The position numbers and the translations under genes were made by a program. A DNA stretch of 64,000 nucleotides, taken from NCBI GenBank assembly GCA_965238175.1, contig CBDEGZ010000003.1, positions 2,400,001 to 2,464,000 on the forward strand. The letters run 5' to 3'. Below the pieces are notes generated by a model. That model was given only the letters and a program-made list of their open reading frames with translations, did not search any database and was not told where the DNA came from. This DNA comes from Gammaproteobacteria bacterium. GTDB taxonomy: Bacteria > Pseudomonadota > Gammaproteobacteria > CAJXQU01. This document shows, in pieces, positions 1 to 11,289 of the stretch. Numbering within the stretch: position 1 is the stretch's first letter; every line of letters starts with the position of its first letter.

Positions 1-678
1 AAATGTGCGTGTGACGATCAAATTCTGGTAGTGATCTAACCATTTTATGGAATCTGGATAATTATCCTCATTAACATATTCAAAATAGGCTTCATCAATC
101 AACACCAGCACATGAGAAGGAATGGATGAAACAAAATCGTGTAAGGATCCAGATTCCAACCAAGTACCAGTAGGATTGTTCGGATTCGCAACAAAGATTA
201 AACGTGTTTTATCTGTCACTGCATCTCGCATTGCATTGAGATCGTGGCCCCACTTTTTAGCCTGCGTCACAACAGCTTTTGCACCAACAGCTTGAGTCAA
301 TATTGGATAAACAGCGAACGCATGTTCTGAAAAAATAATTTCATTGTCTGGCGTTACAAAAGTCCTCGCAACCAGTTCAAGTATCTCACTCGATCCATTA
401 CCTAATGTAATGCTTTCACTTTTGATCTCTAGTTGTTTTGCGATAAGTTGTTTTAATTTATAGCCGCTTCCATCTGGGTAACGTGCAGCTTCTTGATCGC
501 AAGAATGTATAACTTCGATTGCTAACTTTCCGGGACCTAGTGGGTTTTCATTAGAAGCTAGTTTTACAACATCCGTAACGCCATATTCCCTTTCGAGTTC
601 TTCTATCGGTTTTCCAGCCTGATAAGGATGTAGTCCTGCAACGCCCGGCGCAGTAAGTGAAAGAAAATCCATCGCCAT
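1..678 (-). CDS. hisC: Histidinol-phosphate aminotransferase (5' part; runs off window start)
   Basis: Not in the ORF track. Manual translation from ATG at 678 gives MAMDFLSLTAPGVAGLHPYQAGKPIEELEREYGVTDVVKLASNENPLGP, with later LGNGSSE, NPNNPTG and DEAY motifs. It follows pheA as in the common gyrA-(serC)-pheA-hisC order. Confidence 0.93.
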   Translation of the reverse strand, partial: MAMDFLSLTAPGVAGLHPYQAGKPIEELEREYGVTDVVKLASNENPLGPGKLAIEVIHSCDQEAARYPDGSGYKLKQLIAKQLEIKSESITLGNGSSEILELVARTFVTPDNEIIFSEHAFAVYPILTQAVGAKAVVTQAKKWGHDLNAMRDAVTDKTRLIFVANPNNPTGTWLESGSLHDFVSSIPSHVLVLIDEAYFEYVNEDNYPDSIKWLDHYQNLIVTRTF

Positions 679-694
679 AACTAGACTCTAAACC

Positions 695-1792
695 TCACAA
701 AACTGCTTTGGGGTACGAACCTAATACCTTCAACATAGAAGTGTGCGCTTTTAGATCATCCAATGCTTTAGAAATTTGCTCATTTTCAATATGGCCGACA
801 ATATCAACAAAAAACAGGTACTCCCACATTTCTTGACGTGAAGGACGAGACTCAATTTTCGCTAGGCTAATTTGATACTTATCAAATACAGCTAAGGTAT
901 GGAAAAGTGCACCCGGTTTATTTTGGGTTGAAAATAATAAAGAGGTTTTATCCTCACTGGTTGAGGGTACTCCTTTCGCACCAACGATCAAAAATCGGGT
1001 CGTATTCGTTGATTCATCTTCGATATTAGTAACTAGCTTTTCCAACCCATATAGATCAGCTGCAGATTCACCAGCGATGGCAGCCATACTTGATTGCCCA
1101 ACTTCTGGGTTTGCAACTTGCCTTGCTGCCTCAGCATTACTACTCACCGAAATTCTTTCCGTATTGGGTAGATTATGATTAAGCCACTGACGACATTGAG
1201 CTAATGCTTGTTGATGTGCGATCACTGTTTTTATGTTTTGCAGATCCGTTTCATTAGTCAACAAATGATGATGGATCCTCAAAGCAACCTCACCACAAAT
1301 TTTTAGCGACGAACCAATAAAACTATCTAGCGTGTGATTGATTACACCCTCAATGGAGTTTTCAACTGGCACGACACCGTAATCACAACTTCCAGCTTCA
1401 ACTTCTCGAAAGACCTCATCTATGACATCAAAAGGCTCTGTTTGTATTGAATGCCCAAAGTGCTTTAGCGCAGCGCCTTGTGTAAATGTTCCAGCGGGTC
1501 CTAAATAAGCAATCTTGAGTGGTTTTTCAAGTGCTAGACAAGCAGAAATGATCTCACGGAATAATCTCGCCATTTCTTCATCAGCAAGCGGCCCGGCGTT
1601 TTTATCCAGAATGCGACGGAGAATTGAGGCTTCACGATCGGGTCGATAATACCCACCTTGTTTTGGTGGTTCGCCTTTGGCCTTCGCAACTTCTTCGGCT
1701 AAACGTGCACGTTCACTGATTAATTCCAGCAGACTATTATCAATCTCATCTATTTTAATGCGGAGTTGATTTAGGCGTTCTTCGTCTGTCAT
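695..1792 (-). CDS. pheA: Chorismate mutase / prephenate dehydratase (P-protein)
   Basis: N-terminal AroQ domain (LRIKIDEID...R...K), PDT motifs LGPAGTF, PVENS and NTTRF, and ACT-domain ESRP. Confidence 0.97.
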   Translation of the reverse strand: MTDEERLNQLRIKIDEIDNSLLELISERARLAEEVAKAKGEPPKQGGYYRPDREASILRRILDKNAGPLADEEMARLFREIISACLALEKPLKIAYLGPAGTFTQGAALKHFGHSIQTEPFDVIDEVFREVEAGSCDYGVVPVENSIEGVINHTLDSFIGSSLKICGEVALRIHHHLLTNETDLQNIKTVIAHQQALAQCRQWLNHNLPNTERISVSSNAEAARQVANPEVGQSSMAAIAGESAADLYGLEKLVTNIEDESTNTTRFLIVGAKGVPSTSEDKTSLLFSTQNKPGALFHTLAVFDKYQISLAKIESRPSRQEMWEYLFFVDIVGHIENEQISKALDDLKAHTSMLKVLGSYPKAVL

Positions 1793-1816
1793 TTTGATTA
1801 TTATTCAGTCTAAATA

Positions 1817-4465
1817 TCACTCAGAATCAGAGGTGGGTTCACTATCATCAGAGTTTCCACCTTCTTCATTTTCTTCCGTATCAACAGCTGAATCATTCTC
1901 GCCTTCGTCATCACCAACATCCATGATCCTTTCTAAACCAACCAGGGCTTCATCTTTACTCAACGTGATCAAATTCACGCCTTGCGTGTTTCGCCCAACG
2001 ACTGAGACATCTTTTACAGGTGTCCGTACCAATGTGCCTTTATTACTGATCAACATGATTTCATCATCATCATGAACCAGCACCGCACCAATGGCATCAC
2101 CATTTCGTTCAGAGGTTTGAATCGCGATCAAACCTTGGCCGCCGCGCCCCTGTATGGAATATTCAGCGATATTGGTTCGCTTACCAAAACCATGTTCGGT
2201 TGCCGTAAGAATTTTACCTTCATCTTCAATAGCTTCTGTTCCTATAATGATCAGCGAGATGACTTTCTGATTTCCACTCAATCGAATACCACGCACACCC
2301 CGAGCAGTGCGTCCCATAGGACGAACATCATTTTCATCGAAACAGATCGCTTTGCCATTCGTGTTGAACAGCATGACTTTATCACTACCACTGGTTAGCG
2401 CCACCCCCACCAATTGATCATCTTCATTCAAGTCAACCGCTATGATTCCGTTTGCTCGTGGTCTGGCGAAATTCATCAAAGAGGTCTTTTTAACCGTACC
2501 ACTGGCTGTCGCCATAAAGACATACTGATCTTCGGTGAACTCTTTGACAGGCAGAACCGAGGTGATCTTTTCATCCTCACCAAGCGGTAATAGATTTACG
2601 ATTGGCTTGCCACGCGCATTACGGCCAGCTTGTGGTAATTCGTAGACCTTCTTCCAATAAAGTTTCCCTTGTGAAGAAAAACATAAAATCGTGTCGTGCG
2701 TATTGGCAATAAACAGTTGGTCGACAAAATCTTCTTCTTTCATTTGCGTGGCCGATTTACCTTTACCACCCCGTCTTTGCGATCGATACAGTTCTAACGA
2801 TTGTGCTTTCGCATAACCTGCATGCGATAACGTAACTACCATATCCTCTTCGGTGATCAAATCTTCCAGGCTCAAGTCAAGATGAGTATCAAGAATTTCT
2901 GTACGTCGCTCATCTCCAAACTGTTCATTAATCGAGACAAGCTCGTCACGAATGACACTCATCAAACGTTCTGGACGTGAAAGAATATCGAGAAGATCAT
3001 CAATAATTTCGATCAGCTCTTTGTAATCCTTAACAATTTTTTCTTGCTCAAGACCGGTCAAACGATGTAATCGTAATTCAAGAATTGCCTGCGCCTGCGC
3101 TTCTGAAAGTTGATATCCTTTGTCAGTCAAACCAAACTCAGATCCAAGTCCATCGGGTCGTGATGCATCTGAACCTGCACGATCCAGTAAATCTGTGACA
3201 ATACCAGGCGCCCATATTTCTGCTAAAAGCTTGGTTTTTGCTTCTGCTGGATTTGCGGATTCTTTGATCAATTTTATAACGGGATCAATATTCGCTAATG
3301 CAACAGCCAATCCTTCGAGAAGATGGGCTTTTTCCCGCGCTTTACGTAGATCAAAAATCGTTCTGCGAGTAACCACTTCTCGGCGATGCCGAATAAACGC
3401 ATCAATGAGTTGCTGAAGATTCAATAAACGCGGTTGATTATCGACTAACGCAACGCAGTTAATGCCGAACACTACTTGCATTTGTGTTTGTTTATAGAGA
3501 TTATTTAACAGAACTTCAGGCGACTCACCTTTTTTCAGTTCGATAACCAAACGCATGCCATCTTTATCGGACTCATCACGCAGACCATCCGGACGAATAC
3601 CTTCGATCTTTTTCTCTTTAACCAGCTCGGCAATCTTTTCGATCAAGCGCGCTTTATTCACCTGATAAGGAAGCTCTCTAACAACTATTGCTAAACGCTT
3701 GTCATCATCGCCTTCACCTTCAATTTCTATTCGTGATCGAATATGCACACGACCACGACCGGTATGATATGCCTCACGGATCCCTTTCGCGCCATTGATT
3801 ATTCCTGCCGTTGGGAAATCCGGCCCTGGCAAATATTCCATCAACCCGTCAATATCAATTTTGGGATTATCGATCATCGCAACACAAGCATTGATCACTT
3901 CTGTCAGGTTATGTGGTGGTATATTCGTTGCCATACCAACCGCAATACCACTGGAACCATTGATCAGAAGGTTAGGTATTCTGGTTGGAAAAACGGTCGG
4001 CTCGTGCTCAGACTCATCGTAGTTCGGTGAGAAATCGACAGTTTCTTTATCGATATCTGCCAACAATTCGTGCGCAATTTTTGCCATACGTACTTCGGTG
4101 TAACGCATCGCCGCTGGTGAATCACCATCAACCGAACCAAAATTACCCTGACCATCAACCAACATGTAGCGCAACGAAAATGGCTGCGCCATTCGTACAA
4201 TCGTATCGTAGATAGCGCTATCACCATGTGGATGGTATTTACCCATCACATCACCAACGATACGAGCGGATTTTTTATAGGGTTTATTCCAGTCGTTGTT
4301 CTGCTCATGCATAGCAAAAAGTGAACGTCGATGAACCGGTTTAAGCCCATCTCGGGCATCTGGTAAGGCGCGTCCTACGATTACGCTCATAGCGTAAGCG
4401 AGGTACGACTCCTTCATTTCATCTTCAATATTTATCTGCGAGAGATTCTTGGCGAAATCGACCAT
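1817..4465 (-). CDS. gyrA: DNA gyrase subunit A
   Basis: [26 protein letters not shown], catalytic AAMRYTE, GyrA-box QRRGGKG, acidic tail. Confidence 0.99.
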   Translation of the reverse strand: MVDFAKNLSQINIEDEMKESYLAYAMSVIVGRALPDARDGLKPVHRRSLFAMHEQNNDWNKPYKKSARIVGDVMGKYHPHGDSAIYDTIVRMAQPFSLRYMLVDGQGNFGSVDGDSPAAMRYTEVRMAKIAHELLADIDKETVDFSPNYDESEHEPTVFPTRIPNLLINGSSGIAVGMATNIPPHNLTEVINACVAMIDNPKIDIDGLMEYLPGPDFPTAGIINGAKGIREAYHTGRGRVHIRSRIEIEGEGDDDKRLAIVVRELPYQVNKARLIEKIAELVKEKKIEGIRPDGLRDESDKDGMRLVIELKKGESPEVLLNNLYKQTQMQVVFGINCVALVDNQPRLLNLQQLIDAFIRHRREVVTRRTIFDLRKAREKAHLLEGLAVALANIDPVIKLIKESANPAEAKTKLLAEIWAPGIVTDLLDRAGSDASRPDGLGSEFGLTDKGYQLSEAQAQAILELRLHRLTGLEQEKIVKDYKELIEIIDDLLDILSRPERLMSVIRDELVSINEQFGDERRTEILDTHLDLSLEDLITEEDMVVTLSHAGYAKAQSLELYRSQRRGGKGKSATQMKEEDFVDQLFIANTHDTILCFSSQGKLYWKKVYELPQAGRNARGKPIVNLLPLGEDEKITSVLPVKEFTEDQYVFMATASGTVKKTSLMNFARPRANGIIAVDLNEDDQLVGVALTSGSDKVMLFNTNGKAICFDENDVRPMGRTARGVRGIRLSGNQKVISLIIIGTEAIEDEGKILTATEHGFGKRTNIAEYSIQGRGGQGLIAIQTSERNGDAIGAVLVHDDDEIMLISNKGTLVRTPVKDVSVVGRNTQGVNLITLSKDEALVGLERIMDVGDDEGENDSAVDTEENEEGGNSDDSEPTSDSE

Positions 4466-4731
4466 ATATGCTTGGATTCAGTGATTTTTATTGTTGGGAG
4501 TTTAAGCGCGGAATTGTAACATATATTGTGTGTTAGCGACACAATGGACAAGCCTTAACTAATACAGCTCAATGTCAATTATTAAGCACTTTCTCTATGA
4601 TTGGCTTTAGCTTTGACAAAGCCTTAAGAAAAGTGTCGATGTAGAACTACTGATAACTAATACTAAAGAACAAACTCTACATCCATCGTTGTCCATCCAA
4701 TTGATACTTTAATTAGTTCTATAACCTTAAT

Positions 4732-5957
4732 TGTAGAAATTCAGACTTGATCTGACAGTTACCCCTTTTTCTGTAACTGACTGTCAGGTTAAGTTTAGTT
4801 CAAAAACTTTTCCTTCCAGATAGCTTGTCCGTCGATGAGTGTTTCCATCGGCGTCCTCCCGCAGCACATTTTGCCTTGGTGAGTTCGTTGAGTATTGTAT
4901 TTGAGCAACCATTCGTCAAGGTCGAGTTGCAGTTCATCAATCGATTGGTAAATTTTCTTACGCAAAGCGACTTGATAAAACTCATTGAGGATCGTCTTAT
5001 GGAATCGCTCACAAATACCATTCGTCTGAGGTGATTTGACCTTGGTTTTGGTGTGTTCGATATTGTTCAACGCCATATAAAGCTGATAATCATGCTGGTC
5101 AGCTCGCCCACAATACTCCGTCCCTCTATCTGTCAAAATGCGCAACATAGGCAAACGTTGTTCTTCGTAGAATGGGAGGACGCGGTCATTGAGCATGTCA
5201 GCTGCCGTAATCGGTGTTTTAGTCGGGTACAGTTTCGCGTGAGCGACCTTGCTGTAAGTATCAACAAACGTTTGTTGATAAACCCGACCAATGCCTTTGA
5301 AAGTACCGACATAGTAAGTATCTTGCGAGCCAAGATAACCAGGGTGTGCCGTCTCTATCTCGCCACAAGCCTCATCGTCGTCTTTCTTGCGTTCCATCGC
5401 CGCGACTTGAGACTCAGTGAGGATCAAGCCTTCACCAGCTACCTTATCAGACAATGCCTTCAGGCGATCTTTAAAGCAAGCAAGACCATGACGAAGCCAG
5501 ATACAACGAACGCCACTGGGTGAGACAAATGTTCCCCGTTTGCGCAGCTCGTTACTGGTGCGCGTTTGACCATGTGCGGGCTCTTCCAGTGCATACTCGA
5601 GCACAACGGTTTCAATAGCCGGGTCGATTCTGTTTTTAAGATTTGGGGTACGCCGATTACGATCAAACAAGGCTTCTACACCGCCTTCATCAGCCGCTTC
5701 TTTGTAGCGATAAAATGTATCTCTGGACAAACCCATCATCTTGCAGGCTTTTGAGACATTGCCGAGTTCTTCAGCGAGATTGAGTAGACCAACTTTATGT
5801 TTTATAACTTTGTCATTAGTATGAATCATGAGAGTTACCTCTTTGTGTTTTGATGTTTACGTTGCAGTTACATCAAAGCGGGTAACTCTCACTAAATCAA
5901 GCGTCGCTACGCTCCGCTTGATTTAGTGATGTGTCAGATTGGGTCTAAACTTCTACA
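4732..5957 (-). mobile_element. IS481-family insertion sequence, apparently intact
   Basis: TGT...ACA ends with 26-bp imperfect inverted repeats (tgtagaaattcagacttgatctgaca 4732-4757; tgtcagattgggtctaaacttctaca 5932-5957), flanked by direct repeat CCTTAAT (4725-4731 and 5958-5964). Confidence 0.93.
4795..5829 (-). CDS. IS481-family DDE transposase
   Basis: HTH N-terminus (LGNVSKACKMMGLSRDTFYRY) and integrase core (SQDT, LTDRGTEY, PQTNGICERF). Confidence 0.95.
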   Translation of the reverse strand: MIHTNDKVIKHKVGLLNLAEELGNVSKACKMMGLSRDTFYRYKEAADEGGVEALFDRNRRTPNLKNRIDPAIETVVLEYALEEPAHGQTRTSNELRKRGTFVSPSGVRCIWLRHGLACFKDRLKALSDKVAGEGLILTESQVAAMERKKDDDEACGEIETAHPGYLGSQDTYYVGTFKGIGRVYQQTFVDTYSKVAHAKLYPTKTPITAADMLNDRVLPFYEEQRLPMLRILTDRGTEYCGRADQHDYQLYMALNNIEHTKTKVKSPQTNGICERFHKTILNEFYQVALRKKIYQSIDELQLDLDEWLLKYNTQRTHQGKMCCGRTPMETLIDGQAIWKEKFLN

Positions 5958-5985
5958 CCTTAATAATTACCACACGTAACTAAAA

Positions 5986-6411
5986 TCACTTCCGTTGTGA
6001 CAACTCATCTATTTCGAATTGCTCCTTTTGATCCATCGTCTTTTGTTCATCACTTGCATAACGCTCTTTTACATTACTAAGTGCACGGGTTTTATTATGC
6101 AGTTGTAACCATTGATCTTGATGTCTTTCATTGGTTGCCTTTCTCTCGAGAATTTGTAGTTCCAGTTGTTGGATGGCGACATCAAGTTGTTGAATAAAAA
6201 TTCTGATGCCTTTTAATTCTGATGCGGTTCTTATATGAGAAGGGCCTGTGCCTAATTGATCAGAATATTCCTGGCGGCAACGTTGCATGTCTGTAAGTTG
6301 AGTCTCACTTTGTTCAAGTAATTGCTGACTTTGGGCAAATTGTTTTGCCGCAGCATCTTTCTGGTTTTTGCTTAAACCGACTATTGTACTCATACGGTTC
6401 GAGCGCCTCAT
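5986..6411 (-). CDS. fliJ: Flagellar export protein FliJ
   Basis: 141-aa coiled-coil protein ending EQFEIDE, overlapping the fliI stop. Confidence 0.85.
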   Translation of the reverse strand: MRRSNRMSTIVGLSKNQKDAAAKQFAQSQQLLEQSETQLTDMQRCRQEYSDQLGTGPSHIRTASELKGIRIFIQQLDVAIQQLELQILERKATNERHQDQWLQLHNKTRALSNVKERYASDEQKTMDQKEQFEIDELSQRK

Positions 6412-7784
6412 TCAGTTACCTCCATCTGTGCTTGAACTTGCTGTGACTGGATAACCATCGATAGCTGGTTAAGACTTTCTTGTAGCGACACTTTTTCATT
6501 CATGCCCTGACGCAGGAAGGCCTGTAAATACGGTTGTAACTCAATGGCTCGATCAAGATCAGGATTTGATCCCGGTTGATAAGCGCCCACATTAAGCAGA
6601 TCTTTATTTTGCTCGTACAAAGAAAAATAGTGTCTAAAATCTCTCGCCGTTTTTTGATGATCAGTTGAAGTAACTTGATTCATCGCACGGCTGATCGACG
6701 CTTCTATATCAATCGCTGGAAAGTGGCCAGATTCTGCAAGGCTACGTGATAAAACAATATGTCCATCTAGAATCGCACGCGCTGATTCAGCAATCGGATC
6801 ACTATTTCCATCGCCTTCCATCAATACGGTATAAAAAGCCGTAATCGAACCACCACCTTGATCTCCATTTCCTGCACGTTCAACCAGATGTGGTAATTGG
6901 GCAAAAACAGAAGGTGGAAATCCTTTCGTTGCCGGTGGTTCACCAATAGCCAATGCAATTTCACGATGCGCTTGCGCATAACGCGTTAGCGAATCCATTA
7001 ATAATAAGACATGCTTACCTTGATCGCGGAAGTATTCTGCAATGCTAGTTGCCGTTGCTGCACCGTGCATACGCATTAGTGGCGGCATATCAGCCGGTGT
7101 GGCGACGACAACTGATCGTTCCCGTGCATCATCATCAAGAATATGATCAATAAATTCTTTTACCTCACGGCCCCGCTCACCAATCAAACCTACGACAATC
7201 ACATCAGCACTGGTAAAACGCGTCATCATTCCTAACAACACACTTTTACCAACACCACTTGGTGCAAATAACCCCAGACGCTGGCCACCACCAACAGAAA
7301 GCAAGGTATTAATCGCACGGACGCCAACATCAAGTGGTGCATTGATGGGATGTCGTTTTAATGGATTGATATGGCGGCCTTGAAGCGGGAAATTCTCATC
7401 AGTTTGTAGTGAACCCTTACCGTCGAGAGGCCTACCCGTTCCATCAATAACCCTTCCTAAAAGCCCATAGCCGACAGGTACATCGCCCGCACTACCGATA
7501 GGAATGACGCGCGATCCTGGTGCGAGACCGCTAATCGAACCGATTGGCATCAGGAATAATTTTTCACCGGAGAAACCCACGACTTCAGCTTCGATTGAGG
7601 GCCCTCTATTTGTTTTGATCAAACATCGATCACCCACTGCAGCTTCGCAGCCTTCGGCTTCCAGGGTCAAACCTGCCATACGGGTAAGTTTACCTTCGAC
7701 AATCACGGGGGAAACGTTTTGCAAACGTTCTTTATAAGGAATTAAGCGTTGTTGCCAGATTTGATTACGATTTGTTTGTGTCAT
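6408..7784 (-). CDS. fliI: Flagellum-specific ATPase FliI
   Basis: Walker A variant FAPSGVGKS, IGERGREV, LMDSLTR, DGHIVLSR. ATG at 7784 preferred over the ORF-track start at 7799. Confidence 0.96.
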   Translation of the reverse strand: MTQTNRNQIWQQRLIPYKERLQNVSPVIVEGKLTRMAGLTLEAEGCEAAVGDRCLIKTNRGPSIEAEVVGFSGEKLFLMPIGSISGLAPGSRVIPIGSAGDVPVGYGLLGRVIDGTGRPLDGKGSLQTDENFPLQGRHINPLKRHPINAPLDVGVRAINTLLSVGGGQRLGLFAPSGVGKSVLLGMMTRFTSADVIVVGLIGERGREVKEFIDHILDDDARERSVVVATPADMPPLMRMHGAATATSIAEYFRDQGKHVLLLMDSLTRYAQAHREIALAIGEPPATKGFPPSVFAQLPHLVERAGNGDQGGGSITAFYTVLMEGDGNSDPIAESARAILDGHIVLSRSLAESGHFPAIDIEASISRAMNQVTSTDHQKTARDFRHYFSLYEQNKDLLNVGAYQPGSNPDLDRAIELQPYLQAFLRQGMNEKVSLQESLNQLSMVIQSQQVQAQMEVTE

Positions 7785-7799
7785 CGTCAAAACCCGCAA

Positions 7800-8474
7800 T
7801 CAATTTTGATCATCATTATGATCACTTTGTCGCTCATCGCCGAGCATTTGAGATATTTGTGCAGCTAATCTTGCTTCTATCGTCGCATCAATAAATGATG
7901 ATTGAGATTCCACTAAACAACCACCACGACTCACTAGTGGATCAGGCTCTAACTTCCATGATTCTTCTTCATCACCGATTACAAGTGCATTTTTAACTAT
8001 TACCAGGTCTTCAGGGTTAAGGTGAACTCTAGGGTGCCGTACTGAAATGGGGAGATGTCCCATCACTTGACGAACAATTCCAATAATTTCGCCTTCATTG
8101 GTTTTTAACTCACGACGAACGAGATGCTTAGCAAGTAGTGCTACCATATCAGAGATGGTTTTTTCAACTTCATCATCTAGCTGACTTAACGGATCTGCCA
8201 TAAGATTCAAAATACTTCTTAGCGTCTCCGTACGTTCTCTATGTTCATTTTCAACCTTTTGTTGACTTTCTTTATAACCCTTTGCTCGTCCTTCTTTACG
8301 ACCAAGGTTAAAACCTTCTTCATAAGCTTGTTTATGAATGTTCTCAATTTCTTCGGCAGTAGGTAGCCGTGGATTAATCGCAGAATCCATCGGCGGCATA
8401 ATGTCACCCTCAACAGAAGGTAAGTGCCAACGCTTTAATTCGTCATCTTTCTGATCTTTGATAAGCGTGGTCAT
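7800..8474 (-). CDS. fliH: Flagellar assembly protein FliH
   Basis: N-terminal W-x-LP, AYEEGFNLGRKEG repeats, LNPED, GGCLVES...IDAT; lies between fliG and fliI. Confidence 0.93.
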   Translation of the reverse strand: MTTLIKDQKDDELKRWHLPSVEGDIMPPMDSAINPRLPTAEEIENIHKQAYEEGFNLGRKEGRAKGYKESQQKVENEHRERTETLRSILNLMADPLSQLDDEVEKTISDMVALLAKHLVRRELKTNEGEIIGIVRQVMGHLPISVRHPRVHLNPEDLVIVKNALVIGDEEESWKLEPDPLVSRGGCLVESQSSFIDATIEARLAAQISQMLGDERQSDHNDDQN

Positions 8475-9478
8475 TAGCCAACCATCTCTTCACCACCACC
8501 ACTGGCACCTAGAGAAATCTGACCCTCATCTGCTAAGCGTCGGGCCACCACTAATACTTTTTTCTGTGCTTCTTCGACTTCGCTTAGTTTAACTGGACCT
8601 TTAGTTTCAAGATCATCCCGTAACATATCAGCAGCTCTTGAAGACATATTAGCAAAGACTTTCTCTTGTAGTTCACTCTCGGCCCCCTTAAGCGCAAGCA
8701 CTAATTCATCCGTTTGAACATCACGCAGGATAGTTTGTATGCCACGATCATCAACCTCGATCAGGTCAGCGAAAACAAACATAAGATCTTCAATCTCAGT
8801 ACAGAGATCTTCATCCGCTTCTCTGACCATTTCCATGATCGTTGAGCTGGCTGAACCCTCGATAAAGTTGAGAATATTGGCCGCAGCTTTAACGCCGCCC
8901 ATACCTGAAGATTTCACGTTTGATCCACCTTTTAGCTGAGCTTCAAGAATGTCATTCAATTCCTTCACTGCAATTGGTAAGACGCCATCAACCCCGGCAA
9001 CTCGCATTAGGACATCTGTTCTCACTCTGTCGTCGAACTCAGACAATATTGAAGCGGATTGATCGCTATCCAGATAAGACAAGACTACGGCAATAATCTG
9101 TGGGTGCTCATTTCTGATCAAATCAGCTACCGCTTTAGCCTCCATCCATTTAAGTGACTCTAATCCTTTTGTGTTACCACCGAGCAAGATCCTATCCAGC
9201 ATGCCTCCGGCTTTTTCCTCACCCAGCGCATTGACCAAAACATTTCTTACGTATTCATCGGAGCCCATGCCTAGCCCCGTCTCTTTCTGAATTTCCTGTA
9301 TAAATTTATTCAAGGTGTCGGCAACAAATTCTTTAGGTACGCTGTCCAGTTCAGACATTGCAACACCCACAGCTTGAACCGCTTTTGGCCCCATATGAGA
9401 GAGTATCTCTGCAGCGATTTTCTCACCCAAGGCCATCAGTAGGACAGCGACTTTTTTAGTACCGTCTTCCTCAGCCAT
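8474..9478 (-). CDS. fliG: Flagellar motor switch protein FliG
   Basis: EHPQ motif, MFVF, NMSSRAA, GPVKLSEVEEAQ. Confidence 0.97.
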   Translation of the reverse strand: MAEEDGTKKVAVLLMALGEKIAAEILSHMGPKAVQAVGVAMSELDSVPKEFVADTLNKFIQEIQKETGLGMGSDEYVRNVLVNALGEEKAGGMLDRILLGGNTKGLESLKWMEAKAVADLIRNEHPQIIAVVLSYLDSDQSASILSEFDDRVRTDVLMRVAGVDGVLPIAVKELNDILEAQLKGGSNVKSSGMGGVKAAANILNFIEGSASSTIMEMVREADEDLCTEIEDLMFVFADLIEVDDRGIQTILRDVQTDELVLALKGAESELQEKVFANMSSRAADMLRDDLETKGPVKLSEVEEAQKKVLVVARRLADEGQISLGASGGGEEMVG

Positions 9479-9505
9479 ATGTACTTTCCTTAGTAAGCAT
9501 TACCC

Positions 9506-11224
9506 TCACTCACCAACCCAATTTTTAACCACTTGAGCTGCCATTTTTGGTTCGTCTTTTACATAATCTCGCACTGATGCGAGACTGGTTTCATAACTGG
9601 ATCCCTTTCCTAGCTCAGATATAGGAACACTAACTGCGGTATCTGCCACAGTATTATCTTGCACTTGTCGCATTGGCTGCCCGTTTTCATCAAGTAATGG
9701 CTTTCCATCTGGACCTAGCATTACGTAATTCTTATCATAATCAAGTGCGGCAGCGGCAGCGGCTTCCGATTTAGTCATTATGCTTTTGATTGTTGGACGC
9801 AAAACACCAAATAATAAATAGAGCACGAACAAACCTCCTAATACCTGTTTGCCTACATCCCAAACCCAGGCTTGCTCCCAGATCGCCTGTTCTGGTAGTG
9901 GTTCAACTGCTGGCGCAACAAAGAAGTTCTTTGCAATGACGCTCACGGTATCACCCCGGGCGACATTAAAACCTACCGCATCCTTAATCAATTTTGTAAA
10001 ACCTTCGATCTCTTCGGCAGAGTATGGCGTTTGTGTTGCTTTACCAGCCTCGTCAATTAGAGAAGGATTGTTCAATACAACTGCGACAGATAATTTTTCA
10101 AGTGTACCAACCGCTTTTTGTGTATGACTGATGGTTTTATCAAGTTCATAATTTCGTGTTTCTTTCTTACGTAACTGTTGTTGTTCTGAGGCGGGGGCTT
10201 CAGCACCTTCACCTTCAACAGTCGCAACTTCTGGCACCTCTCCAGTACCTGGGGGTTGATTGGTTAATGCACCGGGAACACCCGCAGCAAGACCGCCACC
10301 GGTTCGTTGTTCTTCTGTCATCTGCTCACTACGAATGGCAGGTAGATCAGGATTGAACGTTTCGCTGGTTTGTTCTGTAGAAGTGAAATCAAGATCAGCT
10401 GTTACTTGCGCCCTAACATCATCAAGTCCAACAATAGGTTGTAAAATTGTTTCAATCCGTTTGACATAGGTATCTTCAACACGTCTTGTGTAATCAAACC
10501 GTTCTGCACTGACTGCCATTTCGCTTGCACCAGCACGGGTCAATAATCGTCCAGATTGATCAACAACCGTGACACCAGAAGCATTTAGGCTAGGAACACT
10601 GGCAGAAACCATGTGCGCAATAGCCGCTATTTGGCCATCTTCTAATCGTCTACCCGCATAGAGATCAAGAACCACTGACGCGCTGGTTGCCTTTTTGTCT
10701 CGTGTGAAAACTGAATCTTTAGGAATGGCTAAATGAACTCTCGCACCTCGTACGTTAGTGATATTAGAAATTGATCGGGATAGTTCAGCTTCTAAGGCAC
10801 GTTGATAACGTGCTCTTTCAATAAATTGGCTAGTTCCAAAACCCTGTTCATCTTGCAGCATTTCAAAACCCATACTGCTACTTTTGGGTAATCCTTGCGC
10901 TGCCAGTTTCAATCGAGTTTCATGCAACTTGGCTGTTGGGATCAAAATACCTCCAGATGCACTATCAACTTTGTACTCGATTCCGGAGCCCTGTAATGCA
11001 TCTATTGCTGCACTCGCGTCCCGATCAGATAAGTTGCCAAACAAAAGACTATAGTTTGGCGTTTGAGACCACATCACAACGGCAACACCAAGTGCGACAC
11101 TCGCTGCAATACCGATCAATAATCCTGCTTGTCTTAAAACATGACCCGTTGTATCTGGTGGTGGTTGCACCAACATCGGCTGTGCAAAATTTTGATTTGG
11201 ATTTGCTACTTCATTCTCTGCCAT
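9506..11224 (-). CDS. fliF: Flagellar MS-ring protein FliF
   Basis: Two TM segments, GFEM...FGTSQF, ARVHLAIP, GVPGALTNQPP, NYELD. Confidence 0.97.
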   Translation of the reverse strand: MAENEVANPNQNFAQPMLVQPPPDTTGHVLRQAGLLIGIAASVALGVAVVMWSQTPNYSLLFGNLSDRDASAAIDALQGSGIEYKVDSASGGILIPTAKLHETRLKLAAQGLPKSSSMGFEMLQDEQGFGTSQFIERARYQRALEAELSRSISNITNVRGARVHLAIPKDSVFTRDKKATSASVVLDLYAGRRLEDGQIAAIAHMVSASVPSLNASGVTVVDQSGRLLTRAGASEMAVSAERFDYTRRVEDTYVKRIETILQPIVGLDDVRAQVTADLDFTSTEQTSETFNPDLPAIRSEQMTEEQRTGGGLAAGVPGALTNQPPGTGEVPEVATVEGEGAEAPASEQQQLRKKETRNYELDKTISHTQKAVGTLEKLSVAVVLNNPSLIDEAGKATQTPYSAEEIEGFTKLIKDAVGFNVARGDTVSVIAKNFFVAPAVEPLPEQAIWEQAWVWDVGKQVLGGLFVLYLLFGVLRPTIKSIMTKSEAAAAAALDYDKNYVMLGPDGKPLLDENGQPMRQVQDNTVADTAVSVPISELGKGSSYETSLASVRDYVKDEPKMAAQVVKNWVGE

Positions 11225-11289
11225 GTGATTTCTCTTACTTCCTTAATTTACTAGCCCTTTAGTATTAAATAACTAATAGTATTGGATAA

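Noticed and set aside
1794-4227. Short ORFs overlapping gyrA (and similar shadow ORFs over fli, fad, pxp, SSS and flotillin genes)
   Set aside because: Antisense or alternate-frame shadows of well-supported genes, with no recognisable motifs
4200-4230. Possible quinolone-resistance change in the gyrA QRDR
   Set aside because: HGDSAIYD carries wild-type Ser83/Asp87 equivalents
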